A DNA stretch of 56,823 bases, taken from the NCBI GenBank assembly GCA_964426195.1, contig CAYRPX010000001.1, positions 1-56,823 of the forward strand, given 5' to 3'. Shown here in pieces: positions 11,027-20,395 of this stretch. The notes beneath the pieces are model-generated. The model did not search any database, was not told the origin of the DNA, and worked only from the letters and a program-made list of their open reading frames with translations. The DNA is from an uncultured Salinivenus sp. (lineage in GTDB: Bacteria > Bacteroidota > Rhodothermia > Rhodothermales > Salinibacteraceae). The translations under genes and the position numbers were made by a program. Each line of letters begins with the position of its first letter. The first letter of the stretch is position 1.

Positions 11027-11572
11027 ATGCTTGGTCGCCTCATTCTCCTCTTTTTGCTCACGCCCGCGGTGGAGTTGGCGCTCCTCATCCAGGTGGACCG
11101 GCTCATTGGCTTTTGGCCGACGATCGGGCTCATCGTCGCGACCGGAATCGTGGGCAGCCACTTGGCCCGTCGCGAGGGACTCTCGACGTGGCGTCGCCTC
11201 AACAACCGACTTCGGACCGGTGACCTGCCCGGGACCGAGCTTGCAGATGGGGTCATCATCCTCGTTTCGGGGGCCCTGTTGATCACCCCCGGCATTTTGA
11301 CAGACGTGATTGGTTTCCTTGGACTCATTCCCTTTACACGGGCCCGTCTCCGCCGACTCGTCATGCGCTGGTTTCAACGCAAGATGGAACAGGGCACGAT
11401 GCAGGTCCAATTCGGCGTCTTCGGGGGCTCCCCCCCTCCGCCCGAGCCCCCGGGTCCCGAGTCCCCCTCCTCGGACACAGATTGGCAGGGCCACAGCCAA
11501 CAGGTCCCCGGCCACACCGACGATCCGCATGAAGACTCGCCCCGGTCCGATCGGAACCACCCCGGATCCTAG
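11027..11572 (+). CDS. fxsA: FxsA family membrane protein
   Basis: PAVELALLI, GFWPTIGLI, GALLITPGILTDVIG. Confidence 0.92.
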   Translation: MLGRLILLFLLTPAVELALLIQVDRLIGFWPTIGLIVATGIVGSHLARREGLSTWRRLNNRLRTGDLPGTELADGVIILVSGALLITPGILTDVIGFLGLIPFTRARLRRLVMRWFQRKMEQGTMQVQFGVFGGSPPPPEPPGPESPSSDTDWQGHSQQVPGHTDDPHEDSPRSDRNHPGS

Positions 11573-11677
11573 GCCCCTCTCCAAACCGTCACAAACGGGG
11601 CTCAACGCGCTCTCCTTTTCCCCGTCTGGCCCTGGCCCGTCCCCTTTCCCTCAGACGGAGAGAGAAGCGTACCGACC

Positions 11678-12478
11678 CTATTTCTGCCCGTTAAGCCGCA
11701 CCTTGACGTCCCAGGCCTGTGCAAGAGAGGTGATAAGCTGCCGTTCATTCCGTGTCAGCGTACCGTCGGCCTGGGCCACCGTGTGAAGGTCGTCGAGCAC
11801 CGTAAGACGCTGGGTACTGGGTAGTGCTTTTTTGAGTGCCTCGACGGAGTCGTGAATGAGATCCTGTTCCGGTTCGTCGGCGTACACCTGTAGGGCGTGA
11901 CGAACAACCTCGCGCACCTCCTCCTCCGAGAAATTGGGCTGCCACTCCTGCAACCGATTCTTGATCACGTCGATCGTGTCGGACGAGAGATCTTCCCCGT
12001 CACTGTGCCCGACGAGAATGTACAGGAAGGCTAGTTCGTGGATGAGCCCCCAGTTTTCTCCTCGGCGCTGCACGACTGCAGAGGTGTCTTCAAGAAGGTC
12101 TTCACTGAGCTGCTTTAGGGACCAAGCCTCCGCAAGGTCGTGAATAAATCCCTGCTCCCGCTCCAGCAACACGCCGTCGGCCTCAGCGATGCGGATCAAG
12201 TGCCGCACCGTATCGCGCCGTTCGTGGAGGGTCAGCGTCGATCGAAGCTCCTCCATCGCTCGCTGCACCTCGGCCTCAGCATCCGCTTCAACAAAGAGCG
12301 TTGCGACCTCTACGATAATCTCCCGAACGTCGGGGTCCTCCCGATCTTCCCAGGCCTGGAGGGCGTCCGTGAGCACCCGGAGCTCTTCGTCGCTCAGCTC
12401 GTGGTCGGTACCGTAAGCGAGGGCGATGTACACTACTGCAAGATCGTGAGTGGTCTTCCATTCGTCGGAGGGGGTCAT
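11678..12478 (-). CDS. TerB-family protein with two TerB-like domains
   Basis: Two internal repeats (HDLAVVYIALAYGTDHELSDEE...IAEADG...LAEAW; HELAFLYILVGHSDGEDLS...VAQADG...LAQAW). Start placed at MTPSDEWK. Confidence 0.8.
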   Translation of the reverse strand: MTPSDEWKTTHDLAVVYIALAYGTDHELSDEELRVLTDALQAWEDREDPDVREIIVEVATLFVEADAEAEVQRAMEELRSTLTLHERRDTVRHLIRIAEADGVLLEREQGFIHDLAEAWSLKQLSEDLLEDTSAVVQRRGENWGLIHELAFLYILVGHSDGEDLSSDTIDVIKNRLQEWQPNFSEEEVREVVRHALQVYADEPEQDLIHDSVEALKKALPSTQRLTVLDDLHTVAQADGTLTRNERQLITSLAQAWDVKVRLNGQK

Positions 12479-12746
12479 AACGTAAAAAATAGGCACATGT
12501 AATCGTCGACGATGATCGCGCTGCAATAATACAGAACGACCACCCCGAAACGCAATGGTACCCCTCAACAGGACAATCGTAGGGGAAGGCCCAGACAATA
12601 GGGCCGCTCTGCATCCCGAGCTTTTCCTGCGACACGATCCGGCGACCGCAACGCCCATGTTGCATTCGTCCGCCCCTGGTACCGATGTTTGAAGCCCATC
12701 ATGTGCTCCGCTCCCCTTGCCATACTGTCCGCCACCGCATTCCTCC

Positions 12747-13166
12747 ATGTCCGCCGTACAGACCGATACGATCCAATCTCAGGTGGTACGTCACCTCGAT
12801 TCCCACGGCAGTGAGGGAGTGCGCACGGCCTTTTCCGGCGTCGTAGACCTGAAAGCTCTAGAAGAGCAACAATATGAGGAAGTGCTCAGCGCCGTCGACC
12901 AGCGCCTTTCCCGCGCCCGATACTCGCTTCTGGCTATGATCGTCACCGGAATCTACTTTGGCCTCCTCGTGGGCCACTGGCTGGTGGACGGGTCCTCTTG
13001 GGACACCCATGCACTCTGGATCGTTCTGGTGCTCTTGGTCACGACCTACGGGCTTTATGCCACTCATCAAACTGTTCGGCAAATTCGCCACCTGTCCGAG
13101 GCCCGGGCTCTTCTCAGATTGTTACTGGATCGATCCTCCCCCGCAGAGGAACCGGGCAAGACCTGA
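12747..13166 (+). CDS. Hypothetical membrane protein (2 TM)
   Basis: Two hydrophobic segments (YSLLAMIVTGIYFGLLVG; ALWIVLVLLVTTYGLY). Fills the gap divergent from the terB-like gene. Confidence 0.65.
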   Translation: MSAVQTDTIQSQVVRHLDSHGSEGVRTAFSGVVDLKALEEQQYEEVLSAVDQRLSRARYSLLAMIVTGIYFGLLVGHWLVDGSSWDTHALWIVLVLLVTTYGLYATHQTVRQIRHLSEARALLRLLLDRSSPAEEPGKT

Positions 13167-13256
13167 GAAGCGTCCCTCTCACTATGCTCGCACTCTGGTC
13201 CTCTTCCGCGGCCAACTGTCGTCTCCGAACATTCCCTCGCGTAAGTTTACCACTCG

Positions 13257-14663
13257 ATGTTTGACGCCTCCACCTACCGCTCACGCCGCCACACGCTTCT
13301 TGACCAGGAGTTTCCCGACTCGGGCCTCGTGCTCCTCTTGGGCAATCGGCAGTCGCCCCGGAACTATGCGGCCAATCCGCACCCCTTCCGACAAGACAGC
13401 ACCTTTTTGTACTACTTCGGACTCGATCGGCCGGATCTGTACGGACTGATCGATCTGGATGCAGGCACCTCCACCCTCTACGGCGAAGACGAACCTCTCG
13501 AAGAGGTGATTTGGTCGGGGGAGCAACGCTCTCTCCACGCGGCAGCAGCCGCCGTGGGCATCGAGGCTGTGGCCCCCGTTTCGGACCTCGAACCGGACCT
13601 CACGACCGCCCGGGAGCGCGATCGACCGATCCACTTCCTCCCGCCCTATCGCACCGAGCATCGGACCCGATTTGAGGCCCTACTCGGCATTCAGCACCGG
13701 CGGCTCGATGCCTTCGTCTCGAAGCCTCTGATTCGAGCAGTGGTCCGCCAGCGTTCTGAAAAGACGGAAGCCGAGGTTGCTCAAATCGAAGAAGCCCTCG
13801 AACAAACGGCGCGCCTCCACGAATATGCACAGCGGAACGCCCTCCCTAGGACCACAGAACGCGAGCTTGTGGGCGGCATGACAGGCCTCGTCGAGGCGGA
13901 GGGGAGTTCATTCTCGTTCCCTCCGACCTGTTCTATACACGGTGAGGTACTCCACAACCACTCCTATACGAACACCCTCGCAAAAAACGATCTCCTTCTG
14001 GTCGACGTGGGAGCGACCTCATCTCTGCAGTATGCGGGGGACATCACCCGCGTCACACCAGTTGGGGGCACGTTTTCGGACCGACAACGAACCATCTACG
14101 AGGCAGTCTTAGCGGCCCAGAACGCCGCACTGAAGGCCCTGGCCCCCGGTGTGCCGTTCAAAGACGTGCACCTCCGTGCCGCACACACGTTGACGGAGCA
14201 CCTCATCGAGATCGGGCTGATGAACGGCGATCCCGCCGAGGCGGTGGCAGCGGGGGCGCACGCCCTCTTCTTCCCCCACGGACTGGGGCACATGATTGGA
14301 CTCGACGTGCACGACATGGAAAGCTTGGGCGAAGACTACGTGGGCTATGCGGACGACCAGACGCGATCCGATCAGTTCGGTCTCCACACCCTGCGTCTCG
14401 CACGCCCCGTCCGTCCGGGATTCGTCGTTAGCGTGGAGCCGGGCTGCTACTTCATTCCCCCATTTGTGGAGCGCTGGCACAGTGAACGCCGGCACGATGC
14501 CTTCATCAACTACGACCGGGTGACAGACTTTCTCGGCTTCGGGGGCATCCGAATCGAAGACAATGTGCTGATTACGGAGGACGGAGGCCAACTGCTGGGT
14601 CCCACGATCCCGAAGGCTCTCAATGAGGTAGAAGCACGAGCCGGCGCCGCCGGCGGAGCATGA
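13257..14663 (+). CDS. pepP: Xaa-Pro aminopeptidase (M24B)
   Basis: FRQDSTFLYYFG, LLVDVG, YAGDITR, FFPHGLGHMIGLDVHD, VEPGCYF, GGIRIEDN. Confidence 0.93.
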   Translation: MFDASTYRSRRHTLLDQEFPDSGLVLLLGNRQSPRNYAANPHPFRQDSTFLYYFGLDRPDLYGLIDLDAGTSTLYGEDEPLEEVIWSGEQRSLHAAAAAVGIEAVAPVSDLEPDLTTARERDRPIHFLPPYRTEHRTRFEALLGIQHRRLDAFVSKPLIRAVVRQRSEKTEAEVAQIEEALEQTARLHEYAQRNALPRTTERELVGGMTGLVEAEGSSFSFPPTCSIHGEVLHNHSYTNTLAKNDLLLVDVGATSSLQYAGDITRVTPVGGTFSDRQRTIYEAVLAAQNAALKALAPGVPFKDVHLRAAHTLTEHLIEIGLMNGDPAEAVAAGAHALFFPHGLGHMIGLDVHDMESLGEDYVGYADDQTRSDQFGLHTLRLARPVRPGFVVSVEPGCYFIPPFVERWHSERRHDAFINYDRVTDFLGFGGIRIEDNVLITEDGGQLLGPTIPKALNEVEARAGAAGGA

Positions 14664-15143
14664 AGCCTGCCGGCGCTCCGTAGAACCAGACAAGTCCGTT
14701 GCGCTGGCAAGCGGCCTCAGTCTCGGTCTCGTCGGACAAATGTCAGCGAAGGCGGCAGAATCGGATTGACGCACGGGGAGTTCCCTAAAACGAACTGCTC
14801 GCTCTGGCCCGGATCGCTTGGTGAGGAGTGGTCAGGTGCTGTTTCCGGATCTCTCCACTCCCAGCAGGGGGAAGTGCGAACGATCGTTAACTCCGGTTGA
14901 GCGCGTAGACGGGCACTCCCACGTCATTCCTGCCCCGCCCGAATGGGAGTCAAGACTGGGTGTCGGGTGACAAGATGACATTCTGCAGGCCCGCCACCCT
15001 CTTCAACACCCACACAGTTAGACCCCGCAGGCTCTGATTTCCCTGGCCCGACGCCGAACCAAATGGAGGGGATTCTGTTCAAGACGTAGGTGTCGTAAAA
15101 AAGATGTGACGCCCCCCGTTCCCCTTACCGACCCTCTGTAGCC

Positions 15144-15548
15144 ATGACCTTCACGCGAGGGATCCCCGCTCTCTGCCTCCTCTTCCTAGGCCTGACGGCC
15201 TGTGGCTCGTCCTCCTCAACCACTAAACCGGGGATCCAGCCAGACAAGATTGTTGTCAGCGAGCTGTCCGAGCCCATCCACGGATTGTCGGCGTACGAAG
15301 TCGTTCAGCAGTACAAGTCGAACTGGCTTCGGAAGCGCGGGCGTACAAGCATCAACAACCCAGTCCCAATCAAGGTCTATCTCGACGGGACGAATAGTCC
15401 CTTCGGAAACCTCTCGTCCCTCCGAAAACTCCGGGCGGTTAACATCGTCTCTATTACGCGGTTCACCGCCAACGAAGCGCAGTTTAAATTCGGCCTGGGA
15501 AATGTCGCGGGGGCGATTCTCGTGAAGACCAAACCCGCAGGGGACTAG
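15144..15548 (+). CDS. Lipoprotein resembling an isolated TonB-receptor plug domain
   Basis: Lipobox LTAC; PIKVYLDG...LRKLRAVNIVSI...AQFKFG...GAILVKTK resembles plug-domain C-terminal motifs. Confidence 0.65.
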   Translation: MTFTRGIPALCLLFLGLTACGSSSSTTKPGIQPDKIVVSELSEPIHGLSAYEVVQQYKSNWLRKRGRTSINNPVPIKVYLDGTNSPFGNLSSLRKLRAVNIVSITRFTANEAQFKFGLGNVAGAILVKTKPAGD

Positions 15549-15770
15549 ACCCAGGGGACTTAGACCGTGCTGGCGGCAATTGGATTCGTCCTATTGGCGG
15601 TCCCGACCGACGAACCGACGCAACATCCAATTCCCTATTCGGGATGCCCGCGTGAACAGGCGGTGGAGCGAATGTCGGCTTGAAGAAAATGTCGCCCGGA
15701 CGATGGCGGAGGCGGAACGTTGGAATCCCTGACTCCTCCCTCTTCTCTCCTCTAGAGGCAGGAGCGGACC

Positions 15771-17036
15771 TCAGGACCTGTCTTCCGGCAAATCTCCCTC
15801 TCGATCCGTCGGCGTTTCGGGGCTCTGTGATAGATGTTTTTGAACCCGACGAAAGAAGTCAGAGTCGGCAAGCAAACGCAATTGAAAACCTTTGTCCAAG
15901 CTGGTTTGAACGACGTGATAAAACAGCCCGATCGGGAGATCCTCCAAAAAGAGTGAGACGACCCGGGGAGGCCGATCGGTGCTATATCGGATGTATCCGA
16001 CAAAACTGATGATGCCCGGCATCGCTCCTACGTGGGTCCCGAGAGCCTCGATCGGCGCATCTAACGAGTCGGGCTCGATCGGCGACTCGATCTGGCGCTG
16101 CACAAAGTTTGCGACGGAGGTAGAACCCAGGTCCCCTTCGACGCTACGGGCTAATAGAGTGGCATAATCAGCCGCAGTCCCTTTCGCATAAGTAGCTTGT
16201 GCGAGGGCCCGCTGCTCGCGGATACTGAGTCCGCTGCCTCGTTGTCGCAGCTGCCGTCGTTCTCGTTCACGAAAGGAGGAGTCGCGTCGCAGCCTCCGAA
16301 CCAGCCGGTAGACACGGTCCGCATAAGCCTCACGAGACCACGAGTCGAAGTCTTCCGCTGCGCCCACGGAATCGCCCTGAGGCGACGTGGTCCAACTGAG
16401 ATGGATCCCACTGCTCGGTAGGGGCTGTTCGCTCCTTTCGAGTCCCCAACGCCTGGGCAGGACTTGCACTTGCGAACGCCCGAGCGCGGTCAAGAACCAG
16501 TCGGCCGCAGCCTCGTCCCTAAATTGAGCGATGGCCTCGACAACCTGCCGGAGAGCAACGGTACTGTCCCGTCGGACCTTATTCGTTGTGCGCCAGTGAG
16601 CAACTGCTTCCTCGTGGTTGCTGAGACCGGCCCCCGGAAGCGCATAGATCGCCACCGAGTCGAGAGGGACGCGGCGGCTGGAATCCAACTGACCGGTCTC
16701 AATCTGACGGGCATATTCGGCCAGCAACAGGAGGTGGGTCGTGTTTACCACGGGTCGCTGAACCGCAGGTCGGTAGAAGATGCCCTCCTCCTGCGCGCCG
16801 ACATCATACGCGACGAGGGATGCCTTCTCGGGGTGAGACGAGAGGTAACTCAACAAATCCTCGGGGCGGCGCATCTTCTCGGCCACCTCTTTCCCTTCGT
16901 TCATCGCCGCCACATTGGCGTACATGAGCGTAAACGTACCCCAGTTCTGAACGACGAGAAAGACACAAACCCCGAGCAGCAAACCGACTGCAATGAGAAG
17001 GTGTCTCCCAAAACTGAAATTTCCAAAAGAGGCCAT
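15771..17036 (-). CDS. Class A beta-lactamase-fold (serine hydrolase family) protein, catalytic motifs apparently lost
   Basis: N-terminal TM anchor. LAEYARQIETGQLD..RRVPL resembles the beta-lactamase2 family. The expected SxxK position reads NTTH. Confidence 0.65.
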   Translation of the reverse strand: MASFGNFSFGRHLLIAVGLLLGVCVFLVVQNWGTFTLMYANVAAMNEGKEVAEKMRRPEDLLSYLSSHPEKASLVAYDVGAQEEGIFYRPAVQRPVVNTTHLLLLAEYARQIETGQLDSSRRVPLDSVAIYALPGAGLSNHEEAVAHWRTTNKVRRDSTVALRQVVEAIAQFRDEAAADWFLTALGRSQVQVLPRRWGLERSEQPLPSSGIHLSWTTSPQGDSVGAAEDFDSWSREAYADRVYRLVRRLRRDSSFRERERRQLRQRGSGLSIREQRALAQATYAKGTAADYATLLARSVEGDLGSTSVANFVQRQIESPIEPDSLDAPIEALGTHVGAMPGIISFVGYIRYSTDRPPRVVSLFLEDLPIGLFYHVVQTSLDKGFQLRLLADSDFFRRVQKHLSQSPETPTDREGDLPEDRS

Positions 17037-17103
17037 GATGTCGAGAGATCAGGAAGCCCATGAGGACTCGGGCGAGGGTCACCGTGTACGGGCGAACGTC
17101 CCC

Positions 17104-18792
17104 TTACGTCTCGACGGGTATTTCGCTCAACTCCTCGGATGACAGTTCGCGAGGATACCGGATCTGTTCGACAATGTCCTGAACTTCTTGAGGGGGAGCG
17201 GGCGTTGCCCGCGTCACTACGTAGGTGACGACGAAGTTCAGCACCATTCCGACGATCCCGATACCCTGCGCGTTAACGCCGAAGAAGTCGCGAAGGAACG
17301 GATCCTCAAGGCCAGGCACCACCACGTGGGCGCGCATCAGCACGATCATCACGAAGGTGAAGAGAAGACCCGTGACGAGTCCGGCGACGGCCCCCTCTTG
17401 ATTACATCGCTTCCAGAAGATGCCCATCACTAATATGGGGAAGAAGCTCGCGGCGGCAAGGCCAAAGGCAAAGGCCACCACCTCTGCCACAAAGCCTGGC
17501 GGATAGATGCCGAGGAGGCCGGCTACGACAATGCCCCCGAGAATTGCTCCGCGTCCCACGAACAGTCGCTTCTCCTCCGACGCCTCTGGGTTTACAATCT
17601 CCCCGTAAATGTCGTGTGCCAGCGACGAGCTGATCACGACCATCAGGCCCGAAGCGGTGGACAGCGCCGCCGCCAGTCCTCCAGCAGCTACGAGGCCGAC
17701 GACCCAGTTCGAGAGATTGGCGAGTTCAGGGGTTGCAAGCACGATGATGTCACGGTCAATTGAACCGAGCACCTGTTGGATCGTGGTGTCGGATCCCCAC
17801 CCTGACGTCTCAATGAGTCCGGTTTGCGCCCAGTTTTGGATCCACCCCAATTCCGTCATGCCGCCCGCGCCGACTTGGGAAAAGGATTGAAGAATCTCGA
17901 AGCGTGCGAACATAGCGACGGCGGGGGCCACGGTGTACAGGATTCCAATGAAAACAAGGGCCCAAACCGCCGACCAGCGTGCGCTCTCCACGGACTTTAC
18001 CGTATAGAACCGAACGATCACGTGAGGCAGGCCCGCTGTTCCTGCCATCAGCACCAATGTGATGCACGCGACGTTCAACATTGATAAATTACTGAACGGC
18101 CCGGTGTAAGGATCGAGTCCAAGATCGGTCTGCAGCTGATCGAGTCGGGGCACAACCTCACCGATCGCGATGTGAGGAATGGGGTTGCCTGTTAGAGTAT
18201 ACGCGATTGCCACAGCCGGAATCAGATAGGCGACGATGAGCACGCAGTACTGCGCGACCTGCGTCCACGTTACTCCCTTCATCCCGCCGAGCACGGCGTA
18301 GATCGCCACGATAACCATGCCAATGATAACTCCCCACGTGACGGGAACCTCTAGAAATCGACCGAACACTACGCCCACTCCACGCATCTGCCCGGCCACG
18401 TAGGTAAACGACACAAAAACCGCCGCAATCGCCGCCACAGCACGAGCCGTATTGGAATAATAACGCTTCCCAACGAAGTCGGGAACCGTGTACTCTCCAA
18501 ACTTTCGGAGGAAGGGAGCGAGGAGAATGGCAAGAAGAACATATCCTCCCGTCCATCCCATCAGATAGACGGATCCGTCGAAGCCCATGAAGGAGACGAG
18601 CCCCGCCATCGAGATAAAGCTCGCTGCACTCATCCAGTCGGCCCCGACGGCCATGCCGTTTGCGAGCGCGGGAACCCGCTGTCCGGCAATGTAAAATCCG
18701 GCGGTGTGCGAGACGCGACTCCAGACCGCAATTCCGATGTAGACGGAAAATGTGATTCCGACCCAGAAAAAGGTCCAACCAATGATCCCCAT
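17104..18792 (-). CDS. actP: Sodium:solute symporter, ActP-like (cation/acetate type)
   Basis: NGMAVGADWMSAASFISMAG, GGMKGVTWTQVAQY, GTAGLPHVIVRFYT, GGLAAALSTASGL; downstream of a DUF4212 gene. Confidence 0.9.
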   Translation of the reverse strand: MGIIGWTFFWVGITFSVYIGIAVWSRVSHTAGFYIAGQRVPALANGMAVGADWMSAASFISMAGLVSFMGFDGSVYLMGWTGGYVLLAILLAPFLRKFGEYTVPDFVGKRYYSNTARAVAAIAAVFVSFTYVAGQMRGVGVVFGRFLEVPVTWGVIIGMVIVAIYAVLGGMKGVTWTQVAQYCVLIVAYLIPAVAIAYTLTGNPIPHIAIGEVVPRLDQLQTDLGLDPYTGPFSNLSMLNVACITLVLMAGTAGLPHVIVRFYTVKSVESARWSAVWALVFIGILYTVAPAVAMFARFEILQSFSQVGAGGMTELGWIQNWAQTGLIETSGWGSDTTIQQVLGSIDRDIIVLATPELANLSNWVVGLVAAGGLAAALSTASGLMVVISSSLAHDIYGEIVNPEASEEKRLFVGRGAILGGIVVAGLLGIYPPGFVAEVVAFAFGLAAASFFPILVMGIFWKRCNQEGAVAGLVTGLLFTFVMIVLMRAHVVVPGLEDPFLRDFFGVNAQGIGIVGMVLNFVVTYVVTRATPAPPQEVQDIVEQIRYPRELSSEELSEIPVET

Positions 18793-18852
18793 TACGACAA
18801 CCTATTTTTTTCCTTTTCGAGTAAACAGCAGTTCTTCGTCTTCTTCAGGGGA

Positions 18853-19152
18853 TCATTGCCCCTCTTGTGGGGACGACCCCGAATCGCTATCCGATGCGAC
18901 CCCCGCACGGCGATCGAGCCGACCAGTCATGACGGCATAGGCAATGACCAGACCAACAAAGACGAAGATGCTTCCCTGCTGAGCCATCCAGAACCCAAAG
19001 GGCATTCCTAGAAAGGTAATCCCGTTGAGCCATTCCACGAGGAAAATGCTCATTAGGAATCCCGCGACAAACCAGATAATAAGGAGGCCGACTGTTCGGC
19101 GAACTTGGATCTTCCAGTACGTCTCTCGATCAATTTCAGGCTCCGAAGACAT
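18853..19152 (-). CDS. DUF4212 small subunit of solute symporter
   Basis: YWK...LLIIWF...LNGITFLGMPFGFWMAQQGSI; directly upstream of actP. Confidence 0.9.
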   Translation of the reverse strand: MSSEPEIDRETYWKIQVRRTVGLLIIWFVAGFLMSIFLVEWLNGITFLGMPFGFWMAQQGSIFVFVGLVIAYAVMTGRLDRRAGVASDSDSGSSPQEGQ

Positions 19153-19222
19153 AAGAATGAGGGCTCTTGCGTGGGTGAATGAACGTGCGTCTGCCTTCCT
19201 CGATGTCTGTTGCACCTCGGGC

Positions 19223-19256
19223 GCGCAGTGAAAAACAAAGCGCAGTGAAAAACAAA
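19223..19256. repeat. Perfect 17-bp tandem direct repeat (GCGCAGTGAAAAACAAA x2)
   Basis: Copies at 19223-19239 and 19240-19256, about 70 bp upstream of the DUF4212 start. Confidence 0.9.
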
Positions 19257-19271
19257 TACGTCGGTCCCCAG

Positions 19272-19525
19272 TGGTACGTCAATCGTGGTTAATCGGGGCG
19301 AGAAGCGCGCTCTCAAAATCCAATGGAACGGACGTCATTTCGAGCGCACCCTGAAAGCACTTCTTCGCTTGCGCTCAGGGCGCAGTCGAGACACGAGCGA
19401 AGTGACTGACGGAATAGATCTTACAGCGGATTGCCGACGTTGGGGAGGGTTCTCGACTTCACTCGAACAGCCCGCCAGGGGGTTTTGAAAGCGCACTGGC
19501 ATTGAAATTGAGGTTTGACAGTCCA
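19272..19525. mobile_element. Possible degenerate MITE/IS scar
   Basis: Imperfect inverted ends AGTGGTACGTCAA (19270-19282) and TTGACAGTCCACT (19515-19527), 10/13 match; flanks CCAG and CTAG. Confidence 0.3.
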
Positions 19526-19715
19526 CTAGGGCTCCAAACAATCGCAATCCGGTCCTTCAGCGCGCCTCTCCACGATCGCCCCCCGACACTTCCCAAGCAG
19601 ATCGCTGGCACACTTCTCCTTGGGACTGACAGCAGTCGACCGATCGCTCCACAAATCAATCACAGGGAACTGGACATTTCCCTTCTTCGACAAATCCCGA
19701 GAGGCTCCATTGAAG

Positions 19716-20279
19716 CTACTCCGTTTCAATTTCCACGATCATATCGACCTCGATCGGAATGTTGCTCGGAAGAGATCCCATCCCTACGGCAGCGCGGGCG
19801 TGTTTTCCACGGTCCTCAAACACTTCCGTCATCAAATCGGAGAACCCGTTTACAACCTCGGACTGCTGCGTAAACGTAGGGGTGGCATTCACCATTCCCT
19901 TGACTTTCACGACCTGTTCGACCCGGTTCAGGTCCCCGAGCTCCCGCTTCAAGGTGGAAAGTATTGAGATGCCGGTGAGACGTGCCGCTTCCTGGGCTTC
20001 CTCAACCGACAGTTCCTCCCCCACCTTTCCCGTCACAATCCCACCATCGGGCGTATCGGGGCCGTGACCCGAAAGAAAGATAAGGTCATCTTTCTGCACG
20101 GCCTTCACGTAGTTCGCGGTTGGCGCGGAGGGCTCCCCCAATTCGATGCCCATCTCCTGCAAGCGCTCTTCAATGTCGTATCCGTAGTCCGGCCCCTCCG
20201 TTTGACTCTGGTTCGTCTCCCCAGAGGTACACGCTAGGGAAAACAGAAGAAAAGGTACAAACAGAACGTACTTTTTCAT
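19716..20279 (-). CDS. Rid (YjgF/YER057c/UK114) family protein with lipoprotein signal
   Basis: MKKYVLFVPFLLFSLAC lipobox. ANYV, LSGHGP, VNGFSDL, GKHARAAVG (conserved Arg), PIEVD. Confidence 0.9.
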   Translation of the reverse strand: MKKYVLFVPFLLFSLACTSGETNQSQTEGPDYGYDIEERLQEMGIELGEPSAPTANYVKAVQKDDLIFLSGHGPDTPDGGIVTGKVGEELSVEEAQEAARLTGISILSTLKRELGDLNRVEQVVKVKGMVNATPTFTQQSEVVNGFSDLMTEVFEDRGKHARAAVGMGSLPSNIPIEVDMIVEIETE

Positions 20280-20395
20280 AGTATTCTTTCTTGGTTAAGA
20301 GTTATGTCTAGACGAAAGTTACCTGAATAATCAGAGGAAGAAAGCGAGCCAGTACCTTCGCCAGACGGGGCGGGGAGCAACTGAGCCCGCCGTCC

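Noticed and set aside
14770-15000. Possible cobalamin riboswitch or other ncRNA upstream of the plug-like lipoprotein
   Set aside because: Only scattered fragments (GGTGC, GGGAAG, CTGCCCC) and one hairpin; the B12 box and spacing are not convincing. An Rfam scan would settle it.
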